From IMG/VR virus record IMGVR_UViG_3300047457_000862, positions 1-59,311 of that record: DNA of 59,311 bases; one strand, given 5' to 3'. Position numbers and translations under genes: made by a program. The notes below the pieces were generated by a model. It had not been told where the DNA came from. It worked only from the letters and a program-made list of their open reading frames with translations, and searched no databases. Each line of letters starts with the position of its first letter. The first letter of the stretch is position 1. This document shows positions 38,907 through 49,144 of the stretch, one piece after another. The stretch is from a virus (lineage: Duplodnaviria > Caudoviricetes).

Positions 38907-39533
38907 GTGAGCGAGCCTCTTCCGGTCTTTGCCGCCATATTCAAGGGCGGCGGATACGATGGCTGCTTCTGGGAGTGGAACGCCATACTCACACACCCGG
39001 ATCACTCACTGATGTTCGCTCAGAACCGCATCTCCGGCCGCATCGGCAAAGAGATGCTGAGCACCGCCAATATCGTTGGCATCGAGATTGCGATCTCCGA
39101 GGAGAAAGGGGACACGTTCTGGGTCAGAACCCAGGATGATATCGACCAGTTCACCAAGGAGTTCAACGCTGGGTTCGCACTCAAGGTTCTATCAGCGATG
39201 CACGAAGCAGCTCCGCTCGAAAAGCGGAACGCAATCACAATGCTGTGCGAGTGCTGCAAGAAGCGATTCACTCCAGCCGACATATACCACACGAAATACT
39301 CCGGAGCTGGCGGTCTCGCCATCGCCTATCACGACAACGTGTGCTACGAGTGCGCCGAGCTACAACACGACAAATGGATAGCTGAATTTGAGTGGCCGCG
39401 CATGAAGAAAAAGGAGCGCGTCGAGGCTATTCAGAAAGCAAACGCCGACGGAGCAGACATCGATCTCTCCGAGGCAGACAACGACAAGTGCCCGATCTCC
39501 GGGCGCTACGTCTATGAAATGGAACTCTACTAA
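38907..39533 (+). CDS. hypothetical Zn-binding protein
   Basis: GGGYDGCFWEWN, CECC, CYEC. Confidence 0.6.
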   Translation: MSEPLPVFAAIFKGGGYDGCFWEWNAILTHPDHSLMFAQNRISGRIGKEMLSTANIVGIEIAISEEKGDTFWVRTQDDIDQFTKEFNAGFALKVLSAMHEAAPLEKRNAITMLCECCKKRFTPADIYHTKYSGAGGLAIAYHDNVCYECAELQHDKWIAEFEWPRMKKKERVEAIQKANADGADIDLSEADNDKCPISGRYVYEMELY

Positions 39534-39534
39534 T

Positions 39535-39885
39535 ATGGACCCAACAAACCTGGATGTATTCTCCCCGGATCAGATAAAAGTGACCGAACTGTTCGAGTCC
39601 AAAGGATACGACCTGTTCAAACATATGGCAGCGCTGACAATCACGACGGCATTGATGAGGATCTCGTCGGTACCACTGCCGATACTCGATCGAATCTGCT
39701 TCGAGCAGGCGCTCAAGAAGGAGCGAGGGCCTCTTTCTGAGTGCGAAGAGAATGAACTCGTGGTGCTTCTGGCTGCACGGAAACTCATTCACGAGATTTC
39801 CGATGTCGCCTATGAGTATGCCAAAAAGGGAGGGCTCGGGCAGGACATCCTTAAGTCGATCCGCAAGGCAGCGGAGGAAGATTAA
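39535..39885 (+). CDS. hypothetical protein
   Basis: Last ORF before the terminator. Confidence 0.55.
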   Translation: MDPTNLDVFSPDQIKVTELFESKGYDLFKHMAALTITTALMRISSVPLPILDRICFEQALKKERGPLSECEENELVVLLAARKLIHEISDVAYEYAKKGGLGQDILKSIRKAAEED

Positions 39886-39920
39886 CCACAAAATGAGCAA
39901 CATGAGACGCTACTAACCGA

Positions 39921-39963
39921 AAAGAAAGAAAGGCCGGGGAGAAATCCCCGGCCTTTTGTTTTT
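39921..39963. terminator. bidirectional intrinsic terminator
   Basis: AAAGGCCGGGGA-GAAA-TCCCCGGCCTTT with A and T tails, between convergent operons. Confidence 0.85.
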
Positions 39964-40071
39964 GGACCCAGACAATTCGTGAAACCGATGTTCGAGATGG
40001 CGTTCACGGTCGCCACTATGCAGGAACAATTAAGACCCCTCGCGCGCACCTTCGGCTGACGCTATCTGCAA

Positions 40072-40377
40072 CTACGGAGCACTCACATTGAACTCAGACG
40101 CCACCGCAAGCAACCCCAATCTTCTCGCATCAGCCCCGTTGTCTCCGATCCAGTTGTGGCACGGTCGGCAGATCGCAAGGAAGAACCTCGCGTCACACAG
40201 AAGCCGACCAACCCTGCCGCGCTTGTGATGAATCTCCGTGGCTTTCCCGGAGCACACACCATTCACGCACGCCATGCACTTCGGATTCTCCTTCAGGAAC
40301 ACATCGCGGACCTTGTTATACTCCTGGTTCTGCCTCTGTCGCTTCTTCGAAACAGACTTCAATCGCGTGCGTTTCAC
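40072..40377 (-). CDS. HNH endonuclease (NinG-like)
   Basis: CMAC...EIHHKRGR...ICRPCH; GTG start overlaps upstream stop. Confidence 0.8.
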   Translation of the reverse strand: MKRTRLKSVSKKRQRQNQEYNKVRDVFLKENPKCMACVNGVCSGKATEIHHKRGRVGRLLCDARFFLAICRPCHNWIGDNGADARRLGLLAVASEFNVSAP

Positions 40378-40922
40378 AGCATCATACCCCTCTCCTGCGA
40401 TATTCCGTAGTCGAGGATCAAGAGCGCGTCGCACGTCTTGAGCGTCACGTTGCACATCGGGAACCGACGCTCCGCCTCGCCCTTCAACTTCGACTTCCAC
40501 TGGCGCTTCAGCAGCGCGTTGTGAGACTTGATGCCCTTGCGCTCATCGGGGGTCATCTCCGGAGTCGCCCGCAGAAGCCCCTTGCCGCCCAGGGACAGTG
40601 ACTTCTGCCACACTTGAGGAGTTACCTCTATGATGCGAATCCCAAGAGCCTCAACGATGCACCCGACGCGCTCCACAGAGCGCCCGAATTCAAACATCTG
40701 CGAAGCCCCTCCGTCCGGGATGAATCCCGTGATTTTCTCGATGTACGCCACGGGGGCACCGTCACTGCCTCCCGTGGCGTTTTCTTCGAGTATAAGTTTC
40801 ACCGCGTCGATCACCCCGCGCCGCGTGTCCGGCATCGGAATCACCTGAACCCCGATTCGGTTCGACCATGCGAACCCTCCGGAAGCACCGGGGTCGATGC
40901 CGATGATAGTGCGCGAGGTCAT
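40374..40922 (-). CDS. RuvC-like Holliday junction resolvase
   Basis: IIGIDPG, AYIEK, TPQVWQK, DALLI. Confidence 0.8.
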   Translation of the reverse strand: MTSRTIIGIDPGASGGFAWSNRIGVQVIPMPDTRRGVIDAVKLILEENATGGSDGAPVAYIEKITGFIPDGGASQMFEFGRSVERVGCIVEALGIRIIEVTPQVWQKSLSLGGKGLLRATPEMTPDERKGIKSHNALLKRQWKSKLKGEAERRFPMCNVTLKTCDALLILDYGISQERGMML

Positions 40923-41106
40923 TGGGTCACAATAGATGCGGCAGCGCGCCTTGCGGCACGCTTCGCGCGCTTAATGTCCACAGGGCGCGGTCCTACTCGG
41001 CGCACGGTGAATCCGCTGCCGCGCTGGCCCTTGATCACCTCCCTGCTGGCCCTCCAGCTTTCGCGCTCGGCGACGTATGGTGTTCCGCATGCATCCGTGA
41101 AGCGGC

Positions 41107-41661
41107 TCACTCTGCACCTCCTTCAATTCCTGGAAGCGCGGGTTGCAGGAACCCGAAGTACACCTGCCCAGCCTCGTCGAAGATCGTCTTCGCCTGCTTA
41201 ACCTCGATACTGCTTTCACCGTGGCGCTTCGCAACAGCGTCGAACCATCCGAACTGGCGGTCATGCTTCCGCATCGACAGCTTAGGCCGCCCGTGCGTAT
41301 CCACGAGAACCTCTCCGGCGTGATTGCGGCGCACCGCAAGGAACTGAAGTTGGTGATCTAGGATCGCCTTCTTGTTCTCGTCAGTGAGCGACTCCCAGAT
41401 GTCGCCGTCGAGGATGATCTCCGCGTCTCCGCGCCCCATCACCCGGTTCTTCAGGTTCACGATCCCGGTGAGCGCGTTGGCCTGATAGCCGTGCAAGCGC
41501 ACAGCGCAGCCGACTTTCTCACCGCCGTCGTTCTCCGGCGCGAACGCCATGATTACGTCGATTTTTACGTCCTGTGTATCAAGGTCCTTGTGGAACTCCT
41601 TCACCAGCGCCTTGACGATCGCCAGTGTTTCTTTGTCCGCTTTTTCGTAACGCGAGCTCAT
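41107..41661 (-). CDS. phage metallopeptidase-like protein with degenerate active site
   Basis: D.EI.LD..W..L...K.AILDHQLQF...RKHD..F..V..RHG; HEXXH position reads HQLQF. Confidence 0.65.
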   Translation of the reverse strand: MSSRYEKADKETLAIVKALVKEFHKDLDTQDVKIDVIMAFAPENDGGEKVGCAVRLHGYQANALTGIVNLKNRVMGRGDAEIILDGDIWESLTDENKKAILDHQLQFLAVRRNHAGEVLVDTHGRPKLSMRKHDRQFGWFDAVAKRHGESSIEVKQAKTIFDEAGQVYFGFLQPALPGIEGGAE

Positions 41662-41709
41662 GTTTGTTTTGGTCGCTGGTTTTCCCGCCAGCGGTCGGGT
41701 TGTTGAAAA

Positions 41710-42042
41710 TCAGTCAGCCTCCCCTGCTCTGCGCGGCTGCTTCGCGTAATGCCCGATGATTGCATCGAGGATGTAGTTCCTCACGCGTCGAATGTGCTTG
41801 CAGCGAAACGTGTCACGCGGCTTTCGCACTTCGCTCCAGCGCGGTTTCCTGCGGGCGACGAAATCGACACATGTGCAGCTCCCCAGCCCTCCGTAGTGCG
41901 AAACATCCACCATGTATGCCACTTCTGGCTTACTCATCGAGTGGGCCAGGTATTGCCCGCGCCCTACCTTCGTGAGCCGCATTCCTTCGAGGGTCACTTC
42001 TTCAGCGTCAGATTCAGTGGTAAGTTCAGCGTTTTTCTTCAC
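41710..42042 (-). CDS. SWIM zinc-finger protein
   Basis: CTCVDF...CKHI. Confidence 0.75.
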   Translation of the reverse strand: MKKNAELTTESDAEEVTLEGMRLTKVGRGQYLAHSMSKPEVAYMVDVSHYGGLGSCTCVDFVARRKPRWSEVRKPRDTFRCKHIRRVRNYILDAIIGHYAKQPRRAGEAD

Positions 42043-42044
42043 GG

Positions 42045-42470
42045 CTACTCCTTCAATTCGATACCGAGTCCGGACGCAAGCTCTTTCGCCCTTGCCTTGT
42101 TCTCCTTCTTGGAGTTCGAAGCGCACACAAATCCGACGAGCTCGTGGATTGCGGCGATTGCGGCGTCTCTCCATGCGTTGACCTCGGCGGAAAGATCCTC
42201 CGTGTATTCGACTGCAAGAACCCCGCGGGCGTGCTCGCTGCGGATGTCGATGTCGCGGCGATCCGAGCGGGAGATCGCGAGCAGCATGATCTTTCGCTCG
42301 TCGTCGGAAGCCCTGGTGACAGCCTCGCAGTCTATCGCCTGCGCACGAACCACTGGCATCCCGCACGGAAACACGTGAGGTCCGATTTGATCGATGGCCA
42401 ACTGCCATCGCTCACCAGTCGGTAGATGATCCACTACGTCGCCTGCTCTGAATAATGTCGATTCGCTCAT
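42045..42470 (-). CDS. hypothetical protein
   Basis: GDVVDHLPTGERW motif; coupled ORF. Confidence 0.55.
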   Translation of the reverse strand: MSESTLFRAGDVVDHLPTGERWQLAIDQIGPHVFPCGMPVVRAQAIDCEAVTRASDDERKIMLLAISRSDRRDIDIRSEHARGVLAVEYTEDLSAEVNAWRDAAIAAIHELVGFVCASNSKKENKARAKELASGLGIELKE

Positions 42471-42985
42471 TTGAATTTTACTGTTAAAACTGCGCCGTTC
42501 GCCATCCCGGCAGCGCGGACGATCACCTCAATCGCCTCCCTGATATCAACGGCATGGCAGATCGAGTCATCGATGCCTTCCGCGTAGATGGTGATTTCGG
42601 AGTGCGTTTCGTCGGAGTCTGTTATGCTCCATCGCATCTGGATGAAGCATTTCTCGAAAGCCTCCATCATCAGATCGACGATCGCGCGGTTCCACTCTGG
42701 GTTCGGCCGGTACGGCAACTGGATCCCGCTGGATCGTTTCTTTGGGTCCAGCAACTTCACCGGAGTCTGCTTCTCGGTCCGTCGAACAGATGCAGCGGTA
42801 ACAACCGCCGAAATAGCCCAGATCGTCTTACCGTGCTTCCCAATCACCCGCCCCTGATCCTCCGGGGACACCTCAACGGCGTATCCATTCTTCACCCGAG
42901 AGATGATCGGCGGCAACGCTGGCGTCGTAAGGGAGGCGAATAGGTTTCGCACTACTTCGAAAATTTCAGAGTCAGTATCAGTCAT
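42467..42985 (-). CDS. KH-domain RNA-binding protein (KhpA-like N-terminus)
   Basis: VSPEDQGRVIGKHGKTIWAI (GxxG loop). Confidence 0.8.
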   Translation of the reverse strand: MTDTDSEIFEVVRNLFASLTTPALPPIISRVKNGYAVEVSPEDQGRVIGKHGKTIWAISAVVTAASVRRTEKQTPVKLLDPKKRSSGIQLPYRPNPEWNRAIVDLMMEAFEKCFIQMRWSITDSDETHSEITIYAEGIDDSICHAVDIREAIEVIVRAAGMANGAVLTVKFK

Positions 42986-43024
42986 TTGATCGGCGATTAC
43001 ATATCGACAGCAGCGCTGTCAACA

Positions 43025-44317
43025 TTATCGGCATGTGAACATGCTGATTTTTCCAAGGAAGTCGAAAGGAACCACCGCACCGCGCGCGCCGTCGCGATTC
43101 TTGTCGATCGAGACGGAACGTGATCCGTCCTCGTTCTCGGTTACAGTCAGGATGATGTTCGCGAAGTTCTCCTTCGCCTGCGAGTAGCGAGCCTTCAACA
43201 CCCCGTCCTTGCTCTCCGTAACCTGCGACAGCAGAATCGTCGTGATCCCGAGTTCTCCAGCCACCTTCTTCCAGGACGCGGAGATTTCAGACAACCCCTC
43301 CTCCTTCGAAACCTTCGGAGGAAGCGTGAGGAGTTCGTCGTAATCCAACACGGCGAGCCCGAGGTCCCCCCTGCTGGCCCGGATCCGAGTGCGCTGGATC
43401 ACCGACTCGATCGTGGCTGGGCGCTCCTCGATGAATTCGATCTTCGAGTTCTTCACGCTTTCGGCCCCATGCTTGATTAGCCCGAGAGCACCCTTCTCGT
43501 GCAGGAGGTCGCCGCGGGACTTCATGTAGTCCTTGATGTTCGTCCTTCCGCGAAGCTGAATGAGCCGAGACACCTGCTGGCGCACGGTCATCTCGTAGGT
43601 GAAGTAGGCAGTGCCGAGCTTGTGAGCCCTGTCAAATGCCTCTGCGAGATTCAGAGCAAACGCGCTCTTTCCACTCCCGCGCGCTCCGCGGATTAGAATC
43701 ATGTCGCCCTTCTGGAATCCCCCAATCTGCTCATCGAGCGCACCAAATCCGGTGGGCATACCGAAGATGGCCTGCGAGTTCCCGGATTCGATGTCGCGGA
43801 TGATGTCGTCAACAGCAGCCTCAGTGGTGGTCTGGCGACTCCTTCCGGCAGCGCACATCCCAGCGGTTGCGGCAGCCACGGCAAGCTCGGAACAAATCTC
43901 CGCGGCAGTCTGAGCCCTGGATTCGATTCCGGCCAGGATGCCAAGACATGCCTCGCGGGCCGTGCGAACCACGTACATGTCCCTGACGATCTCCGCATAC
44001 TCGCGGACGTTGTGAGCGAACGCTACCGACGACATGATCCCGAAGATCATCGAGAAGTCGATGTGCGTGTGCCCCTTGCTGTGAAGGAACCGCAGAAACA
44101 CCACGGTATCGATCGCGTGCCCACTCAATGCTCCGCCAGAGATCACATACTCCCTCAGAGCGAGGTAGATGAATTTGTTCGTTGCGTTCTGGGAAAACCA
44201 TCCCTCGTCAGCGCCCATCTGTTCGACGACGATAAGGCACTCATGCGGGGCGTGCATGATCGATCCGAGCAAATGCTTCTCAGCTTCCTCGTTTGAATAT
44301 CGGATTGCGGAGCTCAC
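43025..44317 (-). CDS. dnaB: DnaB-like replicative helicase
   Basis: EAEKHLLG, PTGFGALD, GARGSGKS, TYEM, LDY, LLSQ, KNRDG. Confidence 0.9.
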   Translation of the reverse strand: MSSAIRYSNEEAEKHLLGSIMHAPHECLIVVEQMGADEGWFSQNATNKFIYLALREYVISGGALSGHAIDTVVFLRFLHSKGHTHIDFSMIFGIMSSVAFAHNVREYAEIVRDMYVVRTAREACLGILAGIESRAQTAAEICSELAVAAATAGMCAAGRSRQTTTEAAVDDIIRDIESGNSQAIFGMPTGFGALDEQIGGFQKGDMILIRGARGSGKSAFALNLAEAFDRAHKLGTAYFTYEMTVRQQVSRLIQLRGRTNIKDYMKSRGDLLHEKGALGLIKHGAESVKNSKIEFIEERPATIESVIQRTRIRASRGDLGLAVLDYDELLTLPPKVSKEEGLSEISASWKKVAGELGITTILLSQVTESKDGVLKARYSQAKENFANIILTVTENEDGSRSVSIDKNRDGARGAVVPFDFLGKISMFTCR

Positions 44318-45228
44318 TTGGCACCTCCCTGCTTCAGCAAACGGGCCTCCAGCTCACGCTGGTAAGCATCCCTCTTCTCTTTTTCCGACATCTGGCGCTC
44401 CGCAGCCATTTTCGCTGGCGACGCGACCACGGGGCTCGCAGGCGCGTTAAACCGTTCGAAGTTCATCTTCCAAGTCCGGGCCGCCGCCTTCCAGTCCTTC
44501 ATCTTCGTCCGACCAAGCATCCAACCGCGGGCCGCGTGGTGATTCACGAAAGCCTCGGCCTGCTGCTGCGACGCTCCGTTCAGACCAAGAGCCTTGAAGT
44601 AGCCTTCAGCCTCATCGAGCCTCGGTGGCGAGAACCGCCTCGGTGGCGCGTCCAGCAAAAGGGGGTCGGCGACACTGGGGGTTTTGTCACTGCATTTTGT
44701 TCCTACGGTTGATGTGGTTCTTCCATCAGTAGCCACTTCCCCTTCTTGTATTTTTTTCTTTTGTTCTCCAGAACTATTTGAAGAAGTCTTTGTACCTATA
44801 TAGGGAGTCTCTCGTTTTGATAGAATGGGTTGATCAATTTGATCATCACATGATTCTATCAATCTGATAGAATGGGTGCGCCTATCGATCCTTTCTTCAA
44901 GCACCTCGATAGCATCCCAGTCGATTCGATAATAGCACCTGCGGTTGAACTTCTCCGGCTGGCATGTGATGAGCAGTCCGCGCTCCTTCAATTCAGCCAT
45001 GACGCGGTTCAGTGTCGGGACGCTCAGAAACGGGAAATACTGAGCCTGCCATTCATCTATCGAATTAAAAACCCAAAGCTCACCATCGATGACGCGCCCT
45101 GTTCGTGGCTGCTGAAGGAGGTAGGCTATCTGCTGGAGCACGAGCGCCTCATTGACCCCGATTTCAACTGCGAGTTGAGGGAGAAGGAGGAGCGGGGTCT
45201 CCCCTCCGATTGTGCGAAAGCGGCTCAT
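44314..45228 (-). CDS. phage replication initiator protein
   Basis: N-terminal wHTH (LAVEIGVNEALVLQQI); C-terminal FSPP...GW...MKDWKAAARTW; upstream of helicase. Confidence 0.8.
   Translation of the reverse strand: MSRFRTIGGETPLLLLPQLAVEIGVNEALVLQQIAYLLQQPRTGRVIDGELWVFNSIDEWQAQYFPFLSVPTLNRVMAELKERGLLITCQPEKFNRRCYYRIDWDAIEVLEERIDRRTHSIRLIESCDDQIDQPILSKRETPYIGTKTSSNSSGEQKKKIQEGEVATDGRTTSTVGTKCSDKTPSVADPLLLDAPPRRFSPPRLDEAEGYFKALGLNGASQQQAEAFVNHHAARGWMLGRTKMKDWKAAARTWKMNFERFNAPASPVVASPAKMAAERQMSEKEKRDAYQRELEARLLKQGGAK
44818..44877. repeat. iteron-like repeats (candidate ori)
   Basis: TGATAGAATGGGT at 44818 and 44865; inverted ATTCTATCA at 44853; AT-rich flank inside the initiator gene. Confidence 0.55.
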
Positions 45229-45542
45229 AGCGTTGCCTCCCCGAAAAGAAACACCATCCTATCCTCGTGAACATCTGCATTCCTCTCGATGCGGGTGGCC
45301 GGAAAGACCACGAACCCCGCCTCCTTCATGCGCTCATGCGCCCGGGCTATCAGTGCCGTGACACGCTCGGTCGAGTCGATTTGTATTTCGTAGCTCTCGC
45401 AAAAGTTCACAAAGTCGCAAGCATGTTCAGCGCGGGTGAAAAACGGGAAGGGAGACATGCAGTATTTATCCATTATCCCAATTATTTCCTCAGTGGTCAG
45501 CGGACACACCGAGCTATTCAAGATTTCAGTTTTCATAAGCAA
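45225..45542 (-). CDS. hypothetical protein
   Basis: First gene of the replication operon. Confidence 0.5.
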   Translation of the reverse strand: MLMKTEILNSSVCPLTTEEIIGIMDKYCMSPFPFFTRAEHACDFVNFCESYEIQIDSTERVTALIARAHERMKEAGFVVFPATRIERNADVHEDRMVFLFGEATL

Positions 45543-45828
45543 TAAAACGGCCCATCAAGGAAATCGGTCGGAGAGAGAATTTCACAGGCGGCGTGTCTCC
45601 ACGCTCTTTGGGTTCTCCGCCCGACTTCCTAGATGGGCCAAAATGTTACTCGAATTGATGTTATCCCGTGCGGTTTCTCAGGCCGATCGATTGCTCGATG
45701 GGCGATGAATTGCAGAACAAAACTTTCACGTCAACGATTATTTTCGTTGCACTTCTTTCCGATAAATGATGAAAACAGCTCGCTCGACGACAAGTTCGCG
45801 AGCAGCTTACACTGACAAAAACAAAACA

Positions 45829-46548
45829 ATGACACTGATCAAAACATCCACCCCCGACAGCCAGATAACGCTGTCTGAATCAGCCGCGGAAGCGAAGAAA
45901 ACGCTCACCATGGCTTCGTCTGAAATCACCGAGGTAAAATCCCCGGAAGAGTCCACCGCGGCGAAAGCCGTGATCGCGAGAATCGACACCCACATGAAGG
46001 ACTTCGAGAAAGCGCGGGTCGCTGCAAAAGCGCCGTTCCTCGAAATCTGCCAGAAGCTCGACGCACTCAGCAGGGAGCATGTGGCATCGCTGGACTCGGA
46101 ACGGAAGCGGCTCAGCCGAATCGCAGCAGGGTTCGACGCCGAACAACTTCGAAAAGCGCAGGAGGAGGCGGCAGCGGCGCAGCGAAAGGCCGAGGAAGAA
46201 GAGCGCGAGCGGCGGAAGGCAATCGCTGAAGCTGAGAAAAAGCAGCGTGAGGCCGAGCAGTCCGGAGACGAGGCGGCAAAGCTGGAGGCGGAGATCCTCG
46301 CGGAAACCGCCAATGAGGCACCAGCGAAAGCCGTGGTCGTCGCCCCGATTCCAGAACATCTGGAGGGCATCCGGATGAAGACGGAGATCACCGTCACGGA
46401 CATCAAGGCGCTCTACGCTGCGCATCCGATGTTCGTGCGGCTTGAACCTGATCTGCGGATGATCCGCGCTGCGATCGACTCCGGGCAAACACTACCTGGG
46501 GTCAAGGTTGAGAGAGTTCCCGATGTCGCGAAGAGGAGGGGCGTATGA
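45829..46548 (+). CDS. coiled-coil recombination-associated protein (Gam/Gp157-like)
   Basis: Long helix, C-terminal LPGVKV; upstream of SSB and recombinase. Confidence 0.6.
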   Translation: MTLIKTSTPDSQITLSESAAEAKKTLTMASSEITEVKSPEESTAAKAVIARIDTHMKDFEKARVAAKAPFLEICQKLDALSREHVASLDSERKRLSRIAAGFDAEQLRKAQEEAAAAQRKAEEEERERRKAIAEAEKKQREAEQSGDEAAKLEAEILAETANEAPAKAVVVAPIPEHLEGIRMKTEITVTDIKALYAAHPMFVRLEPDLRMIRAAIDSGQTLPGVKVERVPDVAKRRGV

Positions 46549-46859
46549 GCGAAAAACGAGACAACAGCGGATCGTCGTTCCCGAACGACAGACGCCGCGA
46601 AGGGAAGAACGACCCGAACATCACAGGTTCCGTCATGATCGACGGGGAAGAATACTGGATGGACACGTGGGTCAAGAACCACCCCAAGCAGCCCAACCAC
46701 GACCCTTCGAAGAAGACCTGGTATTCGCACAGCTTCCGAAAGAAAGACTCACAGCGACAAGCTCGCCAACCACAACAACGCCGACAATCGGCACCACCTC
46801 CACCACCACCATCCGATAACGATGGAGGACTCCACCCGGACGAACAAACCTGGCAATAA
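46545..46859 (+). CDS. putative ssDNA-binding protein
   Basis: PNITGSVMIDGEEYW..W; Pro/acidic tail. Confidence 0.65.
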   Translation: MSEKRDNSGSSFPNDRRREGKNDPNITGSVMIDGEEYWMDTWVKNHPKQPNHDPSKKTWYSHSFRKKDSQRQARQPQQRRQSAPPPPPPSDNDGGLHPDEQTWQ

Positions 46860-46865
46860 CACACC

Positions 46866-47930
46866 ATGAACGAACAATACACACTCGAAACAATCGCAAC
46901 CATCAGCGAGAAACTTGCCCGAAGCGGCTTGATGGGAGGAAAAACGTCACCGGACGCGGTCTTTGGACTGATGCTCCTGTGCCAGAGCGAAGGCATGACG
47001 CCGATCTCTGCCATGAAGCGATACCACGTCATCGAGGGCAAGCCCTCTATGCGCGCAGACGCCATGCTTGCGGAGTTCCTCAACGACGGCGGCCGCGTCA
47101 TCTTTCACATCCGCGATGATGACATGGTGGGCGCTACGTTTATCTCGAAGACAGTGACGGTAGGGCAGGAGCACATCGACCGCGCCAACCAGCGGTTCCT
47201 TGCGGTGTGGAAGCTATGCTCAGCCCCGGCAGGGGAGCGCACGGGCCTCTACACGACCATTGCCAAGCTGTCGCACCCGGGCGAGGAAACCATCATCCGC
47301 ACATTCGCTGACTGCGACGCCAAGGGGCTTACGACGGGCAGCGACGGAAACCTGAAGAAGAACTGGGCGCAGTCACCGCGACAGATGCTCACCGCCCGCG
47401 TGATCACCGAGGGAATCCGACTGGTGGCACCACAGCTCGTCACCGGGGTCTATACGCCGGAGGAAATCAGCGATGAATCACCGCTTTCAGGGCTGGTGAA
47501 GAAGCAGACTGCCGAAGAGTTGCGGAAGGCCGCGCTCGACGAGACAGACCCCGAGAAGCGTCGTGAGCTGCTGGGTGCCGCTTCAGATATCGCGCACTCG
47601 GAGACGAAAGAGGCAGTGCTTGTGTTGGAGCAGGACGATATCCCGATGGGAGACGCGAAGCCCGCGAAGGCCAAGCAGATCAAACAGCAGGAAACCGAAC
47701 CCGCTCCGGACGTCGAGCCGCCGCTCCAGATCGGAGTTCCGTGGCAGGACTACGTGATCACCGAACTGAAGAACAAGCAGATGAACGGGCGAAAGCTCGG
47801 GACTCTGTCGAAGGCTGAGCTCGCAATGCTTCACCGCACGCGCTGCATGCCGTTCCTCAAGTCCGACAACGACAGGCTGCGCCTTGAGGCCGAGAAGATC
47901 CTTGAAGCATGTGAATCCTTCGCGCAATGA
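46866..47930 (+). CDS. RecT-like ssDNA annealing recombinase
   Basis: HVIEGKPSMRADAM, NWAQSPRQMLTAR, GVYTPEE. Confidence 0.75.
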   Translation: MNEQYTLETIATISEKLARSGLMGGKTSPDAVFGLMLLCQSEGMTPISAMKRYHVIEGKPSMRADAMLAEFLNDGGRVIFHIRDDDMVGATFISKTVTVGQEHIDRANQRFLAVWKLCSAPAGERTGLYTTIAKLSHPGEETIIRTFADCDAKGLTTGSDGNLKKNWAQSPRQMLTARVITEGIRLVAPQLVTGVYTPEEISDESPLSGLVKKQTAEELRKAALDETDPEKRRELLGAASDIAHSETKEAVLVLEQDDIPMGDAKPAKAKQIKQQETEPAPDVEPPLQIGVPWQDYVITELKNKQMNGRKLGTLSKAELAMLHRTRCMPFLKSDNDRLRLEAEKILEACESFAQ

Positions 47931-48208
47931 ACAACGACGCAAACACTCCGGCAGTAAGGATCACCGCATCCGCAATCGAGGCGACCATTCTCATGTTTCT
48001 GTTCACGTGGGTCCTTGGGAAATACGGAGTCCACGCGCCGAAGATTCCGATGTGGATGTCCGTATTCATTGCGTCCTTGTTCGAGGCATGGGCGAGTAGA
48101 TGGGGATACCACCCAACGAAATTGTCAAACATGGTCCGACGCTCATTCCAGGGCTCTGTAATCATTGCGATCCTCGCGCTGATCGCAAAATGGGTCGGGA
48201 TGCTATGA
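47927..48208 (+). CDS. small membrane protein
   Basis: Three hydrophobic segments. Confidence 0.55.
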   Translation: MNNDANTPAVRITASAIEATILMFLFTWVLGKYGVHAPKIPMWMSVFIASLFEAWASRWGYHPTKLSNMVRRSFQGSVIIAILALIAKWVGML

Positions 48209-48576
48209 CAACCAAGAAGAAGCTGAGTGCAATCCGCGCGAAGTGCGTTGAGCTTTTGGCGATTGCTGAGAAGCGGACGCAAGGCCAATGGAAACGGCAG
48301 TCAATATATGGGACGGCTATTTTATGCGAGAATAGCAAGAATAACGGGAATATGGTTTGCGATTTGCCAGATTCAAGCCCTGAGTGCGATCAATTTTCAC
48401 CTAATGCAGATTTTATTGCCTCATGCGCCGGACCCGCAGAGGCAGGATGGAAAGCTACGATTGCGGCGATTGATTCACTCGAAACAGTTGCGGAATGGCA
48501 TCCAAGTGGTGCCGCTAAAAACGAAGAAGCCGCAGCGATTGACGCAATCATCGCCGCATGGGAGGGCCTGGCATGA
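48205..48576 (+). CDS. Ead/Ea22-like protein
   Basis: KRTQGQW...NADFIASC. Confidence 0.55.
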   Translation: MTTKKKLSAIRAKCVELLAIAEKRTQGQWKRQSIYGTAILCENSKNNGNMVCDLPDSSPECDQFSPNADFIASCAGPAEAGWKATIAAIDSLETVAEWHPSGAAKNEEAAAIDAIIAAWEGLA

Positions 48577-48820
48577 CCAAGCTGCTTCCCGGAGATCGCG
48601 TTTCGTTCATCCAGAACGGACGCAGACTGCGCGGCGTGATCGCCGATGCTTTGCAGATAAAAGTGCGCGGCGAGGAGCTGGAGCTACCCGTGGTTCGGCC
48701 ATCGCGAAGATCTGCTTCTCGCCCGCTCATGGAGCAGCAAAGGCCGCCGAAGCTGCGCTGGATCAAGCGGTCCCTGCTCAGGAAATTGCCAGTCAAGAAG
48801 GAGGGCGGAAAGGAGCAACA

Positions 48821-49144
48821 ATGACAGAGAAAACTGCAACGCCCGACGAATTGGGAGCAGCGCCTTTTTCGCCAGTTTCGTGTCCGCTCTGCGACGGAGG
48901 CGGGCAAATCACAAATCCCGAGCATCCCGACCACCCAAAGAACACACACGACGGCCACGACGAAACGTGGTGCCTCGGCTGCGATGGCAGCGGTCTGCTT
49001 GAAGTAAAGCGAGGCGTAGTCATGCAGGGCAGATACGAGGGCGAAAGGCTCTCGCGGCTGAAAAGGTGGCGCGCGCAGGATGGTCCGCCGAACGACAAAC
49101 ACAGCGAACCCGCCGAGGGAACGCGCAACCAACACGAAAAATGA
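48821..49144 (+). CDS. DnaJ-type Zn-finger cassette protein
   Basis: CPLCDGGG...CLGCDGSG. Confidence 0.6.
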   Translation: MTEKTATPDELGAAPFSPVSCPLCDGGGQITNPEHPDHPKNTHDGHDETWCLGCDGSGLLEVKRGVVMQGRYEGERLSRLKRWRAQDGPPNDKHSEPAEGTRNQHEK

